The position numbers and the translations under genes are program-made. A stretch of DNA of 64,000 nt from Lawsonibacter sp. (lineage in GTDB: Bacteria > Bacillota > Clostridia > Oscillospirales > Oscillospiraceae): assembly GCA_022791995.1 (NCBI GenBank), contig JAAWAD010000090.1, positions 2,277-66,276 of the forward strand, written 5' to 3'. The notes beneath the pieces are model-generated. The model saw only the letters and a list, made by a program, of their open reading frames with translations, made no database searches and had not been told where the DNA came from. Within the stretch, counting starts at the first letter, position 1; every line of letters begins with the position of its first letter. This document shows, piece by piece, positions 19,871-29,129 of this stretch.

Positions 19871-20893
19871 TCAGGCGAAGGTGAGAACTACCTTGCAGGC
19901 GCCGCTGGCAGGATCGGCCAGGGTGCTGAAGGCCGTCTTAAAGTCATCGGCAGGGAAAATATGGGTGGTGAGCAGGTCCACATGGTCCAGCTTCTGGGGC
20001 AGCAGCTCCACAATTTCTGGGAACTTCTGATATTGGTGCCGGGTGCCAAGAATGGTGAGCTGTTTGGCGTTGAGTGCCTTGAAGTTTACCGGGATGGGCT
20101 CCTGACCAAAGGTCATGGGGACGAACCGGCCCGCTGGGGAGAGCTGCTCTACCGCGTGTGCGATGATAGGGGGGATACCGGCTGCGTCAAAGATGACATT
20201 GACCCCCTCTCCGTTGGTCAGCTCGCAGATAAACTGGTCCAGATTTTGCTGCATTGGGTTGACGGGGTAATCCAGGCCGAAGGCCTTGGCCATCTCCAGC
20301 CGCTTCTCATTGGGCTCGGAGATAATGACCCTGGCGCCCAGGCTCTTGGCCACGTCGGCTACGATCAGACCGATGGGACCGGCACCATGGACCAGAACCA
20401 GATCTCCATTTTGCACAGAGCCGCGGCTGTTGGCCTGTGCTCCGATGGTGTACGGCTCGCAGAGGGCGGCTTGGGGATACGTCATTTTCCCGGTATCGAA
20501 CTGGTAGACCTGGGAGCGGGGCATAACGACGTACTCCTGAAACACGCCGTCTACAATACATCCCAGCACCTTTAGTTCCCGGCACACATTGTGTTGTCCG
20601 TGACGGCAGGCGTAGCACTGACCGCAGTAAGTGATGGGCTCAAAGACCACGCTGTCGCCAGCTTTTAAGTCAGTGACGCCCTGCCCCACCTCCACAATCT
20701 CACCAGAAGCCTCGTGGCCCAGTACCACAGGGTATTTTGCAAAGGGATTGGTGCCATGGTACACATGCACGTCGGAGCCGCAGATGCCCGCCGCACGGAC
20801 TCGGACCAGGACTTGGTTGGGGTCTGTGATCTGGGGCATGGGGCGCTCTTCCATCGCCATATCCATTGCACCGCGTACAACAATTGATTTCAT
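19871..20893 (-). CDS. Zn-dependent MDR dehydrogenase (hexonate 5-dehydrogenase/RspB-like)
   Basis: GICGSD, GHE, CGQCYACRHG...C and GAGPIG motifs. Confidence 0.88.
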   Translation of the reverse strand: MKSIVVRGAMDMAMEERPMPQITDPNQVLVRVRAAGICGSDVHVYHGTNPFAKYPVVLGHEASGEIVEVGQGVTDLKAGDSVVFEPITYCGQCYACRHGQHNVCRELKVLGCIVDGVFQEYVVMPRSQVYQFDTGKMTYPQAALCEPYTIGAQANSRGSVQNGDLVLVHGAGPIGLIVADVAKSLGARVIISEPNEKRLEMAKAFGLDYPVNPMQQNLDQFICELTNGEGVNVIFDAAGIPPIIAHAVEQLSPAGRFVPMTFGQEPIPVNFKALNAKQLTILGTRHQYQKFPEIVELLPQKLDHVDLLTTHIFPADDFKTAFSTLADPASGACKVVLTFA

Positions 20894-20951
20894 AGGTTGT
20901 TTCCTCGCTTTCTTGCTGTCTGTTTCCTGCCCCGAGGGGCAGGAGGCGGAA

Positions 20952-21848
20952 TCAGATGCCAGGGCAGGACAGGAAGCCGCCGTCTACAGCAATCACCTGA
21001 CCGGTAATGTAGCCGGACAGGGTATCGTCGGCGAAGAACTTCAGCGCCCCCACCAGTTCCTTGGGGTCACCCAGACGGCCCATAGGTGTGCGGTGGATTA
21101 CGTTGTAATACCGCTGGGTGTAGGAGCCGTCTGGATTCACATACATGTCATGGTTCAGGGGGGTGAGAAAGTAGCCTGGAGCCACTGCGTTTACCCGCAC
21201 CTTACCGAACTCGTTGGACAGGTAGTTGGACAGCCAGCGGGTGAAGCTGTCCACTGCCGCCTTGCTGGCGGCGTAAGCCGGTACCATAGACAGGGCATTG
21301 TAGGCGGCCATGGAGGTGATGTTAATGATGGAGCAGCCATCCCGGCCTACCATGCCCACAGCGAAGACCTCGCAGGCGGTGACGGTGCCCAGCCAGTTGA
21401 CCGTCATGACCCGGGCCAGCCTGGTGTTGTCCAAGTTGAACAGGGTGCGTTTGCGCGCAATGAGGGCCTGCCGGGCGGCGGCAGGGTCCTGGGTGTTGGG
21501 GTTAAGGACGGCGGTGAATGTGTCCGCCTCATCCCCGGCCTGGTAGGCCTCTGCGGTGGTTTTGGCCAGAGGGTCCTGGATCCCGGCGCAGTTGATAAGT
21601 ACATCATAGTGCCCCAGCTGACGCTGGATCTCGTCCCGGGCCGCCTCCAGGGAGGTCTTATCGGTGACGTCCGCCGATACAGCAATGGCCTTGCCCCCCG
21701 CCTGGGTGATTGCGTCGGCAGTCTTTTGTGCTGCCTCCAGGTTGAAATCCAACACTACAATGGTGCTGCCGTCCGCGGCCAGCTCCTTGGAGAAGGTACT
21801 GCCCAGGCCGCCTCCGGCGCCGGTAATCACAATGGTTTTGTTCAGCAT
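20952..21848 (-). CDS. SDR oxidoreductase resembling SDR-type D-mannonate oxidoreductase
   Basis: TGAGGGLG, YAASK and RVNAVAPGYFLT motifs; long insertion before TLFNLD. Confidence 0.82.
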   Translation of the reverse strand: MLNKTIVITGAGGGLGSTFSKELAADGSTIVVLDFNLEAAQKTADAITQAGGKAIAVSADVTDKTSLEAARDEIQRQLGHYDVLINCAGIQDPLAKTTAEAYQAGDEADTFTAVLNPNTQDPAAARQALIARKRTLFNLDNTRLARVMTVNWLGTVTACEVFAVGMVGRDGCSIINITSMAAYNALSMVPAYAASKAAVDSFTRWLSNYLSNEFGKVRVNAVAPGYFLTPLNHDMYVNPDGSYTQRYYNVIHRTPMGRLGDPKELVGALKFFADDTLSGYITGQVIAVDGGFLSCPGI

Positions 21849-21869
21849 ATATAAGCCTTCTTTCTGAAA

Positions 21870-23141
21870 TCAGCTGAAGAGACTGGGAATAAACATGGTG
21901 ATAGGCTCTACAAAGGCCACAAGCAGCAGGATAACCAGCGAGGTGAGGAGGAAGGGTATATTGGCCTTAAATGCCTTTGCGCTGGAGATGTTGCCAATCT
22001 GGGCGGCCGTGACCACACACATACCCACAGGCGGGGTGGTCAAACCGATCATCAGGTTCAAAATAGCCATCAGGCCAAAATGGACCGGCGCCATGCCCAC
22101 GGCGGTAGCCACAGGGAGCAGAACAGGGAAAGTAATCAGAACTGCTGCCAGCGACTCCATAAACATACCCACAAACAGCAGCACCACATTGATCAGCAGG
22201 ATAACCGCTACACGGCTGTTGGTGATGCTGAGGATGGCCTCAGCCACCATCTGGGGGATGCGTTCATTGGTCAGGATAAAAGCGAACACGTTTGCCATGC
22301 CGATCAGAACGATGATGCTGCCACAGGAGATCATGTTGTCTGCGATAATCCTGGGCACATCCCGCAGCGTGATCTCGTGATAGACGAGCACGCCTACGAT
22401 CAGGGAGTAGACGCAGGTGACAATGGAGGCCTCTGTAGGGGTGAACACGCCGGAGAGAATACCGCCCAGCAGGATGATAGGCATAAGCAGCGCCCAGATG
22501 GCGCTCTTGGTGATCTTCCACCGCTGGCTCCAGGTAGAGCGCTCATGCTTGGGGTAGTTGCGCTTTTTCGAGATGATATAGGTGGGAATGCACAGACCCA
22601 GGCCCAGCATGATGCCGGGGATAAGTCCGGCCTGAAACATGGAGCCCACTGAGATGCTCACACAGGAGCCGGCGATCACCATAGGCACACTGGGCGGGAT
22701 AATGGGGCCCACCACCGAGGAGCTGGCTGTGACGGCTACGGCAAAGTCGTCGTCATAGCCGTCCTCCACCATAGCGGGAATGAGCATCCCACCCAGGGAC
22801 ACCACGTCGGCAATGGCGGTGCCGGAGATCCCGGCAAAGATCATGGACGCTACCACATTTACCAGAGCCAGGCTGCCGGTGATATGGCCCAGGAAGGCGT
22901 TGCAGAAGTCCAGGATTCGCTTGGTGATGCCGCCGCCGTTCATCAGCGCACCGGCCAGCATGAAGCCGGGAATGCACAGCAGGGTGAAGGAGTCCATACC
23001 TGCATAAAACTTCTGTGCCAGCACCGCCAGGTTCATGTTTGAGGTGAACAGGTAGAACATAGCAGCGCCTCCCAGGGAGTAGGCGATGGGTACGTTGAGC
23101 AGCAGAAGAACCAGGAAAATAACGAACATCAGGCCAATCAT
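21870..23141 (-). CDS. dctM: TRAP transporter large permease
   Basis: IPGFMLAG, GPIIPPSVP, FTPTEA and TTPPVG motifs. Confidence 0.95.
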   Translation of the reverse strand: MIGLMFVIFLVLLLLNVPIAYSLGGAAMFYLFTSNMNLAVLAQKFYAGMDSFTLLCIPGFMLAGALMNGGGITKRILDFCNAFLGHITGSLALVNVVASMIFAGISGTAIADVVSLGGMLIPAMVEDGYDDDFAVAVTASSSVVGPIIPPSVPMVIAGSCVSISVGSMFQAGLIPGIMLGLGLCIPTYIISKKRNYPKHERSTWSQRWKITKSAIWALLMPIILLGGILSGVFTPTEASIVTCVYSLIVGVLVYHEITLRDVPRIIADNMISCGSIIVLIGMANVFAFILTNERIPQMVAEAILSITNSRVAVILLINVVLLFVGMFMESLAAVLITFPVLLPVATAVGMAPVHFGLMAILNLMIGLTTPPVGMCVVTAAQIGNISSAKAFKANIPFLLTSLVILLLVAFVEPITMFIPSLFS

Positions 23142-23626
23142 TTCGCGTTCCCTCCCTTCAGCTTCTGTACGCTGCGGATGATGTCCAGCACACAGCAGAT
23201 TACAGTAAGGGTAAAAATGACCAGGGGAACCACATAGAACAGACCCAGGTTGATTTGCAGCGAGGTGGATTTGGACACCTGCCCCACACCGAAGTACAAA
23301 TTGGCCTGGGGGATACCCACAGCGGCAACAGCGACCACCACCAGGTCCACCAGAATATCCAGGATGACCCGAGCACGGCCCTTCAGCCGGCCGGCGATCA
23401 CGTCGATGGACGCATAGGAGTGGTACAGGATGGCCCAGGGAGCGCCCAGCATGATCGTGTACAGGAAGAACAGCCGGGTCATCTCGTCCGTCCAGGGAGC
23501 GGTAAGTACCTCAGGGGGCGTGTAACGGGCTACGATCTGCACCAGCACGCAGAAGCTTACAATCCCGAACAGGATGGCCAGCAGCCCGCGCACGATCTTA
23601 TCGACCACGCTTATCAATTTTTCCAT
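23138..23626 (-). CDS. dctQ: TRAP transporter small permease
   Basis: WTDEMTR motif, four TM segments, operon position. Confidence 0.9.
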   Translation of the reverse strand: MEKLISVVDKIVRGLLAILFGIVSFCVLVQIVARYTPPEVLTAPWTDEMTRLFFLYTIMLGAPWAILYHSYASIDVIAGRLKGRARVILDILVDLVVVAVAAVGIPQANLYFGVGQVSKSTSLQINLGLFYVVPLVIFTLTVICCVLDIIRSVQKLKGGNAK

Positions 23627-23653
23627 ACATACCTCCAGATACAGATGTGTTTA

Positions 23654-23703
23654 GCGAAAGGGCCGCATTCACTGGAAACGCCAGGTGAAGCGGCCCTTTT
23701 TGC
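23654..23703 (-). terminator. Intra-operon hairpin after dctP
   Basis: Stem AAAGGGCCGC/GCGGCCCTTT with inner TTCAC-TGG/CCA-GGTGAA pairing. Confidence 0.6.
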
Positions 23704-23740
23704 TTCAACGGAGCTCAGGTCCAGGAATTTGAGAATTGCT

Positions 23741-24814
23741 TCAGTTATTGGAAGCGGACAGCTCGCGAATCTGCTTGTACATGTCCAGAAGGCCACCGCC
23801 CTGGTCCTCCAGGAACTGCTCAATGGCGGGCATCATGGCGGCAGAGATGGCGTCACGGTCTACATCCTCGTTGATGGTCATGCCGGCGTCGATGCACATC
23901 TGCTTGTACTCGTTTTTGTGCTCGTAATAATAGTTGTTGGTCCACTCCTGCATTTCGGCGCTGGTCTCGTCCAGCCAGCCTTTCATCTCGTCATCCAGGC
24001 CGTTGTACACGTCGGAGTTGATGACATTGAGAATGGTGGAGTAAACATGGTTGGTCTCGTTGACATACTTCTGCACCTCATAGAAGCTGTTGTCATAGAT
24101 CATGTCAAAGGGGTTCTCCTGCATCTCCACAACGCCCTGGCTCAGCGCATTGAAGGTCTCGCTCAGTGCGATGGAAGAGGTGATAGCGCCGGCAGCGTTC
24201 CACATGTTGGTGTGCAGCACATTGCCGGACATACGCATCTTGCGGCCGGTCATGTCGGCAGGGGTGTTGATGGGCACGTTGGAGGTCAGCTCGCGGGCGC
24301 CCCGCAGCTGGTACCACAGCACATGGAATTTCTGGTCCTCAAAGTCCTGGATAATCTGTTTGCCCACGTCGCTCTCAATCATGGCCTGCACATCCTCCTC
24401 GGAATCGTAGGCCCAGGGGGCCTCCAGCAGGGTAGCGCTGGGGGCGTAGCCGTTGAAGGAGCCGCCGGTCATGGTCATGGTGGTGGTACCCACAAGCATA
24501 CCGGCCAGGGAGTCAGCCTCAGAGCCGGAGGTGCTGGAGGGATAGATCTCTACCTGGAAGCGCCCGCCGGATTTCTCCTCCAGGCGATTCTTGAACTCGG
24601 TGGCTGCCAGACCCCAGGGGTGGTCCAGGGAGACCGTCAGGTCATACTTCAGGGTGACAGTGGCTCCGGAAGGGGCGGCGGTGCTGCTGCCTCCGTTGCT
24701 GCCGACTGTACTACCGCCGGAGGGTGTGTTGCCTCCGCCCCCGCTGCACCCGGCCAGCAGAGTGGCGCTCATGGCGCCAGCCAGAAGCATTGCAATCAGT
24801 TTTTTGCTTTTCAT
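23741..24814 (-). CDS. dctP: TRAP substrate-binding lipoprotein
   Basis: Lipobox LAGC; GAR, KMR and GVVEMQENP motifs. Confidence 0.94.
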   Translation of the reverse strand: MKSKKLIAMLLAGAMSATLLAGCSGGGGNTPSGGSTVGSNGGSSTAAPSGATVTLKYDLTVSLDHPWGLAATEFKNRLEEKSGGRFQVEIYPSSTSGSEADSLAGMLVGTTTMTMTGGSFNGYAPSATLLEAPWAYDSEEDVQAMIESDVGKQIIQDFEDQKFHVLWYQLRGARELTSNVPINTPADMTGRKMRMSGNVLHTNMWNAAGAITSSIALSETFNALSQGVVEMQENPFDMIYDNSFYEVQKYVNETNHVYSTILNVINSDVYNGLDDEMKGWLDETSAEMQEWTNNYYYEHKNEYKQMCIDAGMTINEDVDRDAISAAMMPAIEQFLEDQGGGLLDMYKQIRELSASNN

Positions 24815-24918
24815 AATTCTTGTCCTCCTTATTATTTTGACACCGGCAATGCACCGGTGTACTTAACAGAAAACCAACGGATTAAAATGTATACCAGAAA
24901 GTGAACAAGGCTTTTTTC

Positions 24919-25596
24919 TCAGAAAGTGCGGATTCTGTCGATGCAGGTTTTATAATCCTCCTGCTGGAAAAACAGCTCCTGCTTTCCCAGCACAAATCCC
25001 TCCACGCCGCAGTTGTGGTAGAGGTCATGAATCACTTCCCGGGTGGCGCCGCCATCCAGTACAATGTGGTAGGACAGGCCGTGCTCTTGGCGGTAGGTAT
25101 TGGCCTGGACAAATTTCTCTCTGGTATACACCATGAAATCCCGCCCAGCAAAGCCGGGATTGACTGCCATCAGCATTAGATAATCTGTGATAGGCAGCAG
25201 GTCCTTCACGCTCTCCAGAGATGTACAGGGATTCAGAACCAGGCCAGTCTTCTTTCCCTGCATTTGAATCAGCTCCAGGGTGGCAGAGACGATAAGCTCT
25301 GATTCTGGATGGACGTAGATGATATCTGCGCCAGCTTGGGCGACCCTCTCAATATAACGGTGGGGATTCATCACCATCATGTGACAATCGACCAATTTGT
25401 GGGCGCCCTGGTCGGTTACGCGGCGAATCAACTCCAACTCCCGCAGGGTGCAGCCGAAGTTGGAGACAAAGGTTCCATCCATCAAGTCCACATGGTAGAT
25501 GTCCATGTCCGTCTGATCAAGTCGTTCCAGCTCTTCTCGCACATGATCCAAGGGAAGGTTCAGTACGGAGGGACACAGAATCATTTTTTGCTGCAT
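24919..25596 (-). CDS. Ribulose-phosphate 3-epimerase family protein (AlsE/Rpe-like, divergent)
   Basis: HVDLMDG.FVSN, DCHMM, MAVNPGF and LDGG motifs; start at 25596 after AAGGAG. Confidence 0.85.
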   Translation of the reverse strand: MQQKMILCPSVLNLPLDHVREELERLDQTDMDIYHVDLMDGTFVSNFGCTLRELELIRRVTDQGAHKLVDCHMMVMNPHRYIERVAQAGADIIYVHPESELIVSATLELIQMQGKKTGLVLNPCTSLESVKDLLPITDYLMLMAVNPGFAGRDFMVYTREKFVQANTYRQEHGLSYHIVLDGGATREVIHDLYHNCGVEGFVLGKQELFFQQEDYKTCIDRIRTF

Positions 25597-25616
25597 AAAA
25601 GACACTCCTTTCCGCA

Positions 25617-25640
25617 CAGCAACTTGTATACAAGTTGCTG
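25617..25640. promoter_or_regulatory. Putative GntR/FadR-family operator
   Basis: Perfect 24-bp palindrome CAGCAACTTGTATACAAGTTGCTG with a TTGTATACAA core, 21 bp upstream of the operon's first gene. Confidence 0.75.
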
Positions 25641-25888
25641 ATGTGGAAACAATACTACAATTCGGTAGTAAATGCAAGTTATTTTTCTTTTAAAAGAACA
25701 TCTTTGTCAATAATGGAGATTTTATGAGTCTAAAATTGTGCATACTACCAATTCATCCTGGCAGAAAAAGAAAAAGGTTCCATTTTTCACAAATATGTTA
25801 TATGATATACATATTAGTCAAAATCTGCTCCAAGACAGGGCCGAACGGCCTTTCTTCACAATCAATTCAGATTTTGGAGGCCGATGGA

Positions 25889-26575
25889 ATGGTAAATCCG
25901 AATGTCACCTTGCCCAGTGAGATATACCACAAGCTATGGACACAGATCAGTACGCTGGAGTTGAAGCCTGGAGAGCGGCTCAGCGAGGCCGGGATTGCCC
26001 GGCAATTCGGGTGCAGCCGCATTCCGGTACGGGAGGCGATCCGCCTTCTGGTGTCGGAGGGGGCCCTGGAGGTGCTGCCTCAGCGGGGTAGCTTTGTCAC
26101 AAAAATTGACATGGAACAGGTGGAACGTTCCCGCTATCTGCGGGAGGTGTTGGAGGCACAGGTAGTCCTTCAGGGCTTTGACAAGGGACTGCTTCCTCCC
26201 ATGATTCCCTATCTGCGCTCTCTGGTAGGCCGTCAAGAGCAGTACCTGGCCTTGCACGACTTCCTTCGGGCGCTGGAGCTGGACAATGAGTTCCACCGCA
26301 TCTTTTACTCCATTGACAACAAGGAGTTTGTGCTGGAACACACCGGGGAGTATGAGATCCACTATTACCGGGCCCGCCTGCTCTCCATGGAGCTGGAGCC
26401 TGAGAATGTCATGATCTATCAGCACCGGAATATCATTGACGCTATTGCACGGGGTGACAGAGCCGATCTGGAGCGGAGTCTGATTTTCCACTTCACCAAT
26501 GTGTCCCATGTGCTGCTCAACCCGGAGCTGGTGACAGATGAGTACCGGGGTTATATTAAGGGGGAATCTATGTGA
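25889..26575 (+). CDS. GntR-family regulator (FCD domain)
   Basis: LKPGERLSE...FGCSRIPVREA and LDNEFH motifs; start at 25889 after GGAGG. Confidence 0.93.
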   Translation: MVNPNVTLPSEIYHKLWTQISTLELKPGERLSEAGIARQFGCSRIPVREAIRLLVSEGALEVLPQRGSFVTKIDMEQVERSRYLREVLEAQVVLQGFDKGLLPPMIPYLRSLVGRQEQYLALHDFLRALELDNEFHRIFYSIDNKEFVLEHTGEYEIHYYRARLLSMELEPENVMIYQHRNIIDAIARGDRADLERSLIFHFTNVSHVLLNPELVTDEYRGYIKGESM

Positions 26576-27228
26576 CACCAACTCAGTTGTCAACCGTCCT
26601 GTTTCTGGCCTTTGTCCTGGTGGTGATGCTGCCGGTATATCGCAGCCGCAGGCAGAGGGGAGATAAGCCGCTGCTGTCCCGTTTCACGGGCGGAGAAAAA
26701 GAGGTTCCTGCTCCCCGCAGGGAGCGAAATGGTACCAAGGCGGACCTGTTAATCTTTGCCAGCATGGTAACAAAGGTTGTCAAGCAAAACAAGTGGTTTG
26801 TCATCATACCCGGTTATGTGGCTGCGGGAGAGGAGCGCGCTGCTTTAAGCGGTATTGTCATAACCAGGCGGGGCGTGGTAGCCTTTAAGACCTACGGCTT
26901 CGGCGGACAGATTATAGTACAGGCAGGGGAATGGCAGCAGCAAATCAATGGCGTTACACGGCCTTTGCCAAATCTGAAGGAGGATTGCCAGAAACAGGAA
27001 GCGATTCTTACGCGGGTGTTGGAGCAGTGCGGGCTTGGGCACCTCCCACATTGGGTGTGCGCTGTTTTCACCACAGATGAGACGGCGCTTCCTCCATCGA
27101 AGGATTCTATGTGCTTTACTAAAGAGGGCTTTGTGGATTACCTGCTCTCCCCTGAACACCAGGAGGATGCCGGACTGGATCCTCGGGAGATTGGCCATAC
27201 CCTTTCGGCCCGTGTCGTCCGGCAGTGA
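26572..27228 (+). CDS. Membrane-anchored hypothetical protein with NERD-like domain
   Basis: N-terminal TM; IVITRRGVVAFKTYGFGG.I....EWQQ resembles a degenerate NERD fold. Confidence 0.55.
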   Translation: MTPTQLSTVLFLAFVLVVMLPVYRSRRQRGDKPLLSRFTGGEKEVPAPRRERNGTKADLLIFASMVTKVVKQNKWFVIIPGYVAAGEERAALSGIVITRRGVVAFKTYGFGGQIIVQAGEWQQQINGVTRPLPNLKEDCQKQEAILTRVLEQCGLGHLPHWVCAVFTTDETALPPSKDSMCFTKEGFVDYLLSPEHQEDAGLDPREIGHTLSARVVRQ

Positions 27229-27291
27229 CTTTACAGAACCTTCCATTCACGAATGGTGGATGTCGATGCCATATGATTGTTACTCACGGTA

Positions 27292-27331
27292 GAAAAAGTC
27301 GGGAAGCTGTCATCGTAGACGGCTTCCCGAC
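27292..27331 (-). terminator. Intrinsic terminator of DUF3267 gene
   Basis: Stem GTCGGGAAGCTGTC/GACGGCTTCCCGAC preceded by AAAAA on + (U-tract on -). Confidence 0.7.
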
Positions 27332-27357
27332 CAAACTTGAATTTGCAGCATTCGGTC

Positions 27358-27987
27358 CTATTTCTCAAAAACGACAAAACCACATTCGTAAGGGTGGTCA
27401 CAATACACACATTCACTCTTATCCGTGTGGTAGGACAAGATTTTCAGTGTAATCAGAAAATCTCCGCCACCGGAAAGAATCATAAATTCTGCCAGAAAGA
27501 ACAGCAGTAATTGGTTTGCCATCACTGCAACCGCTGCAATTCCGCCCCCTAAAATGAGTGTAGGCATAGCGATTCCCAACAGATATTGCCATTTTCTCAA
27601 TGGTTCTGAGCAGGTGCAGTATGGAGAAAGGCTGCTCCAAATGATTCCGAAATCAATCGAATGAAAATGATTTTTTGCGAAAATTCCCCAGGTAATTCCA
27701 TGTATGAGCTCGTGAAGAATCGTGAGGCATAGGATAAGCAAAAATGCGGCTGCGGCAAATCCGAAAGAGACCCCCTCCAAATCAAAACCGTTCACATGAT
27801 AATAGGCCCAAAATGTGAACACTGCAAATGGCAGTATACTCAAAGGCCCTAAATAGTTTGCTTGCCGAATATTGATCGTCATATTCTTTATGCTATACCC
27901 TGTTTGCTGCATTTTAGAAATGAACGGTTTAAAATAATCTTGACGTTTTAATTCTTTTGCGCTTAATTTTCTTTTCTCTTTATTCAT
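27358..27987 (-). CDS. DUF3267-family membrane zincin-like protein
   Basis: LHELIHG (HExxH) and GGGDF motifs, several TMs; AT-rich. Confidence 0.85.
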   Translation of the reverse strand: MNKEKRKLSAKELKRQDYFKPFISKMQQTGYSIKNMTINIRQANYLGPLSILPFAVFTFWAYYHVNGFDLEGVSFGFAAAAFLLILCLTILHELIHGITWGIFAKNHFHSIDFGIIWSSLSPYCTCSEPLRKWQYLLGIAMPTLILGGGIAAVAVMANQLLLFFLAEFMILSGGGDFLITLKILSYHTDKSECVYCDHPYECGFVVFEK

Positions 27988-28196
27988 AGCAGATTCCCTT
28001 CAATTTTTTATTTGCTGGCAAGTGATATGAGCAAATTATATCACCTGTGTAAGCTGCTTTCAACCCTTCCTTATAGCGTTGGTAGCAGTAAGGGAAAGGT
28101 ACCGGGTACCTGCCAAAAAGGTTTGTCCTTTTCGGAAAAATTTTCAGAGGGAATTTAGCTATTTCGTCAAAAACACCTGGAACGCCTTTGGCGCTC

Positions 28197-28225
28197 TTGA
28201 CTATATTTTTTGATAATGCTATAAT
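28197..28225 (+). promoter_or_regulatory. SigA promoter of second GntR gene
   Basis: TTGACT-N17-TATAAT with extended -10 TG. Confidence 0.75.
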
Positions 28226-28252
28226 CGAAAAATATAAAAGATATATATCAGT

Positions 28253-28960
28253 GTGAGTGTGATTATGGATAGATCGAAGAGCAAATCGGATATTGCCTAC
28301 CAGTGGATTAAGGAGCAGATTGTAAGAGGGGTGTTTCCGCCGCTCAGCGATCTCTCGGACCATGAGCTTCAGACCGCTCTGGGTATGAGCCGCACACCGG
28401 TCAGGGAAGCGTTGCTGCGGCTGGAGCAGGACTCTCTGGTGATTATTTATCCCCGGAAGGGCACGATTGTGACCGATCTGACCCGGGATATGATCGACAA
28501 GGTTTACGAGGTCCGACGCTTGATTGAGCCGGCGATGACAGTGGATGTCATGGACCGACTGGAGCGGGAGTGGCTTCTGGACATGCTGGAGCGGCTGACC
28601 CACCCGCCTTTGGATAAGGATGGCCAGGTAAATGGTACGGACGATAATGTCCGCAGCTATTTTATCGAGCTGGACAGTCTGCTCCACGGAACCATCATTG
28701 AGCACTGCCCCAATCAGTATCTCTGCCGCGCCATGCTCTCTGTGCATGACCAGGATCGCCGCCTGCGGTATGCCACGTCCCATCCCATGGTAGGAGATGA
28801 TACCTCGGTCGATGAGCACATCCGCATTATTGAGGCGCTTTTGAACTGGGACGAGAAGCAGGTTTATGAAGCCACAGTGGAGCATTTGGAGCGGTCGTAT
28901 AAGCGAACGCACAGGAAATCCCGCTCTCCTGCGCTCATCTATAAGGGCTCTGCGAGCTAA
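28253..28960 (+). CDS. GntR-family regulator (FCD domain)
   Basis: LGMSRTPVREALLRL, PRKGT and EH..II motifs; start could be ATG at 28265. Confidence 0.92.
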   Translation: MSVIMDRSKSKSDIAYQWIKEQIVRGVFPPLSDLSDHELQTALGMSRTPVREALLRLEQDSLVIIYPRKGTIVTDLTRDMIDKVYEVRRLIEPAMTVDVMDRLEREWLLDMLERLTHPPLDKDGQVNGTDDNVRSYFIELDSLLHGTIIEHCPNQYLCRAMLSVHDQDRRLRYATSHPMVGDDTSVDEHIRIIEALLNWDEKQVYEATVEHLERSYKRTHRKSRSPALIYKGSAS

Positions 28961-28988
28961 AAAGAGGTCCGTACAGGGCTTCTTTTTT
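28959..28988 (+). terminator. Intrinsic terminator
   Basis: AAAAAGAGGTCC-GTACA-GGGCTTCTTTTTT. Confidence 0.65.
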
Positions 28989-29129
28989 CGGCGCAATTAA
29001 TATATCAGTTAAATTTGTTTTATATATAAGACTGGTTTTGCCGCCTGTAGGGCGTCAAAATATGGGAATCTGCATTTCTCAACAGGAAATGCGACAGTTC
29101 CACAAACAATACAAAATGGAGGGCAAGAC

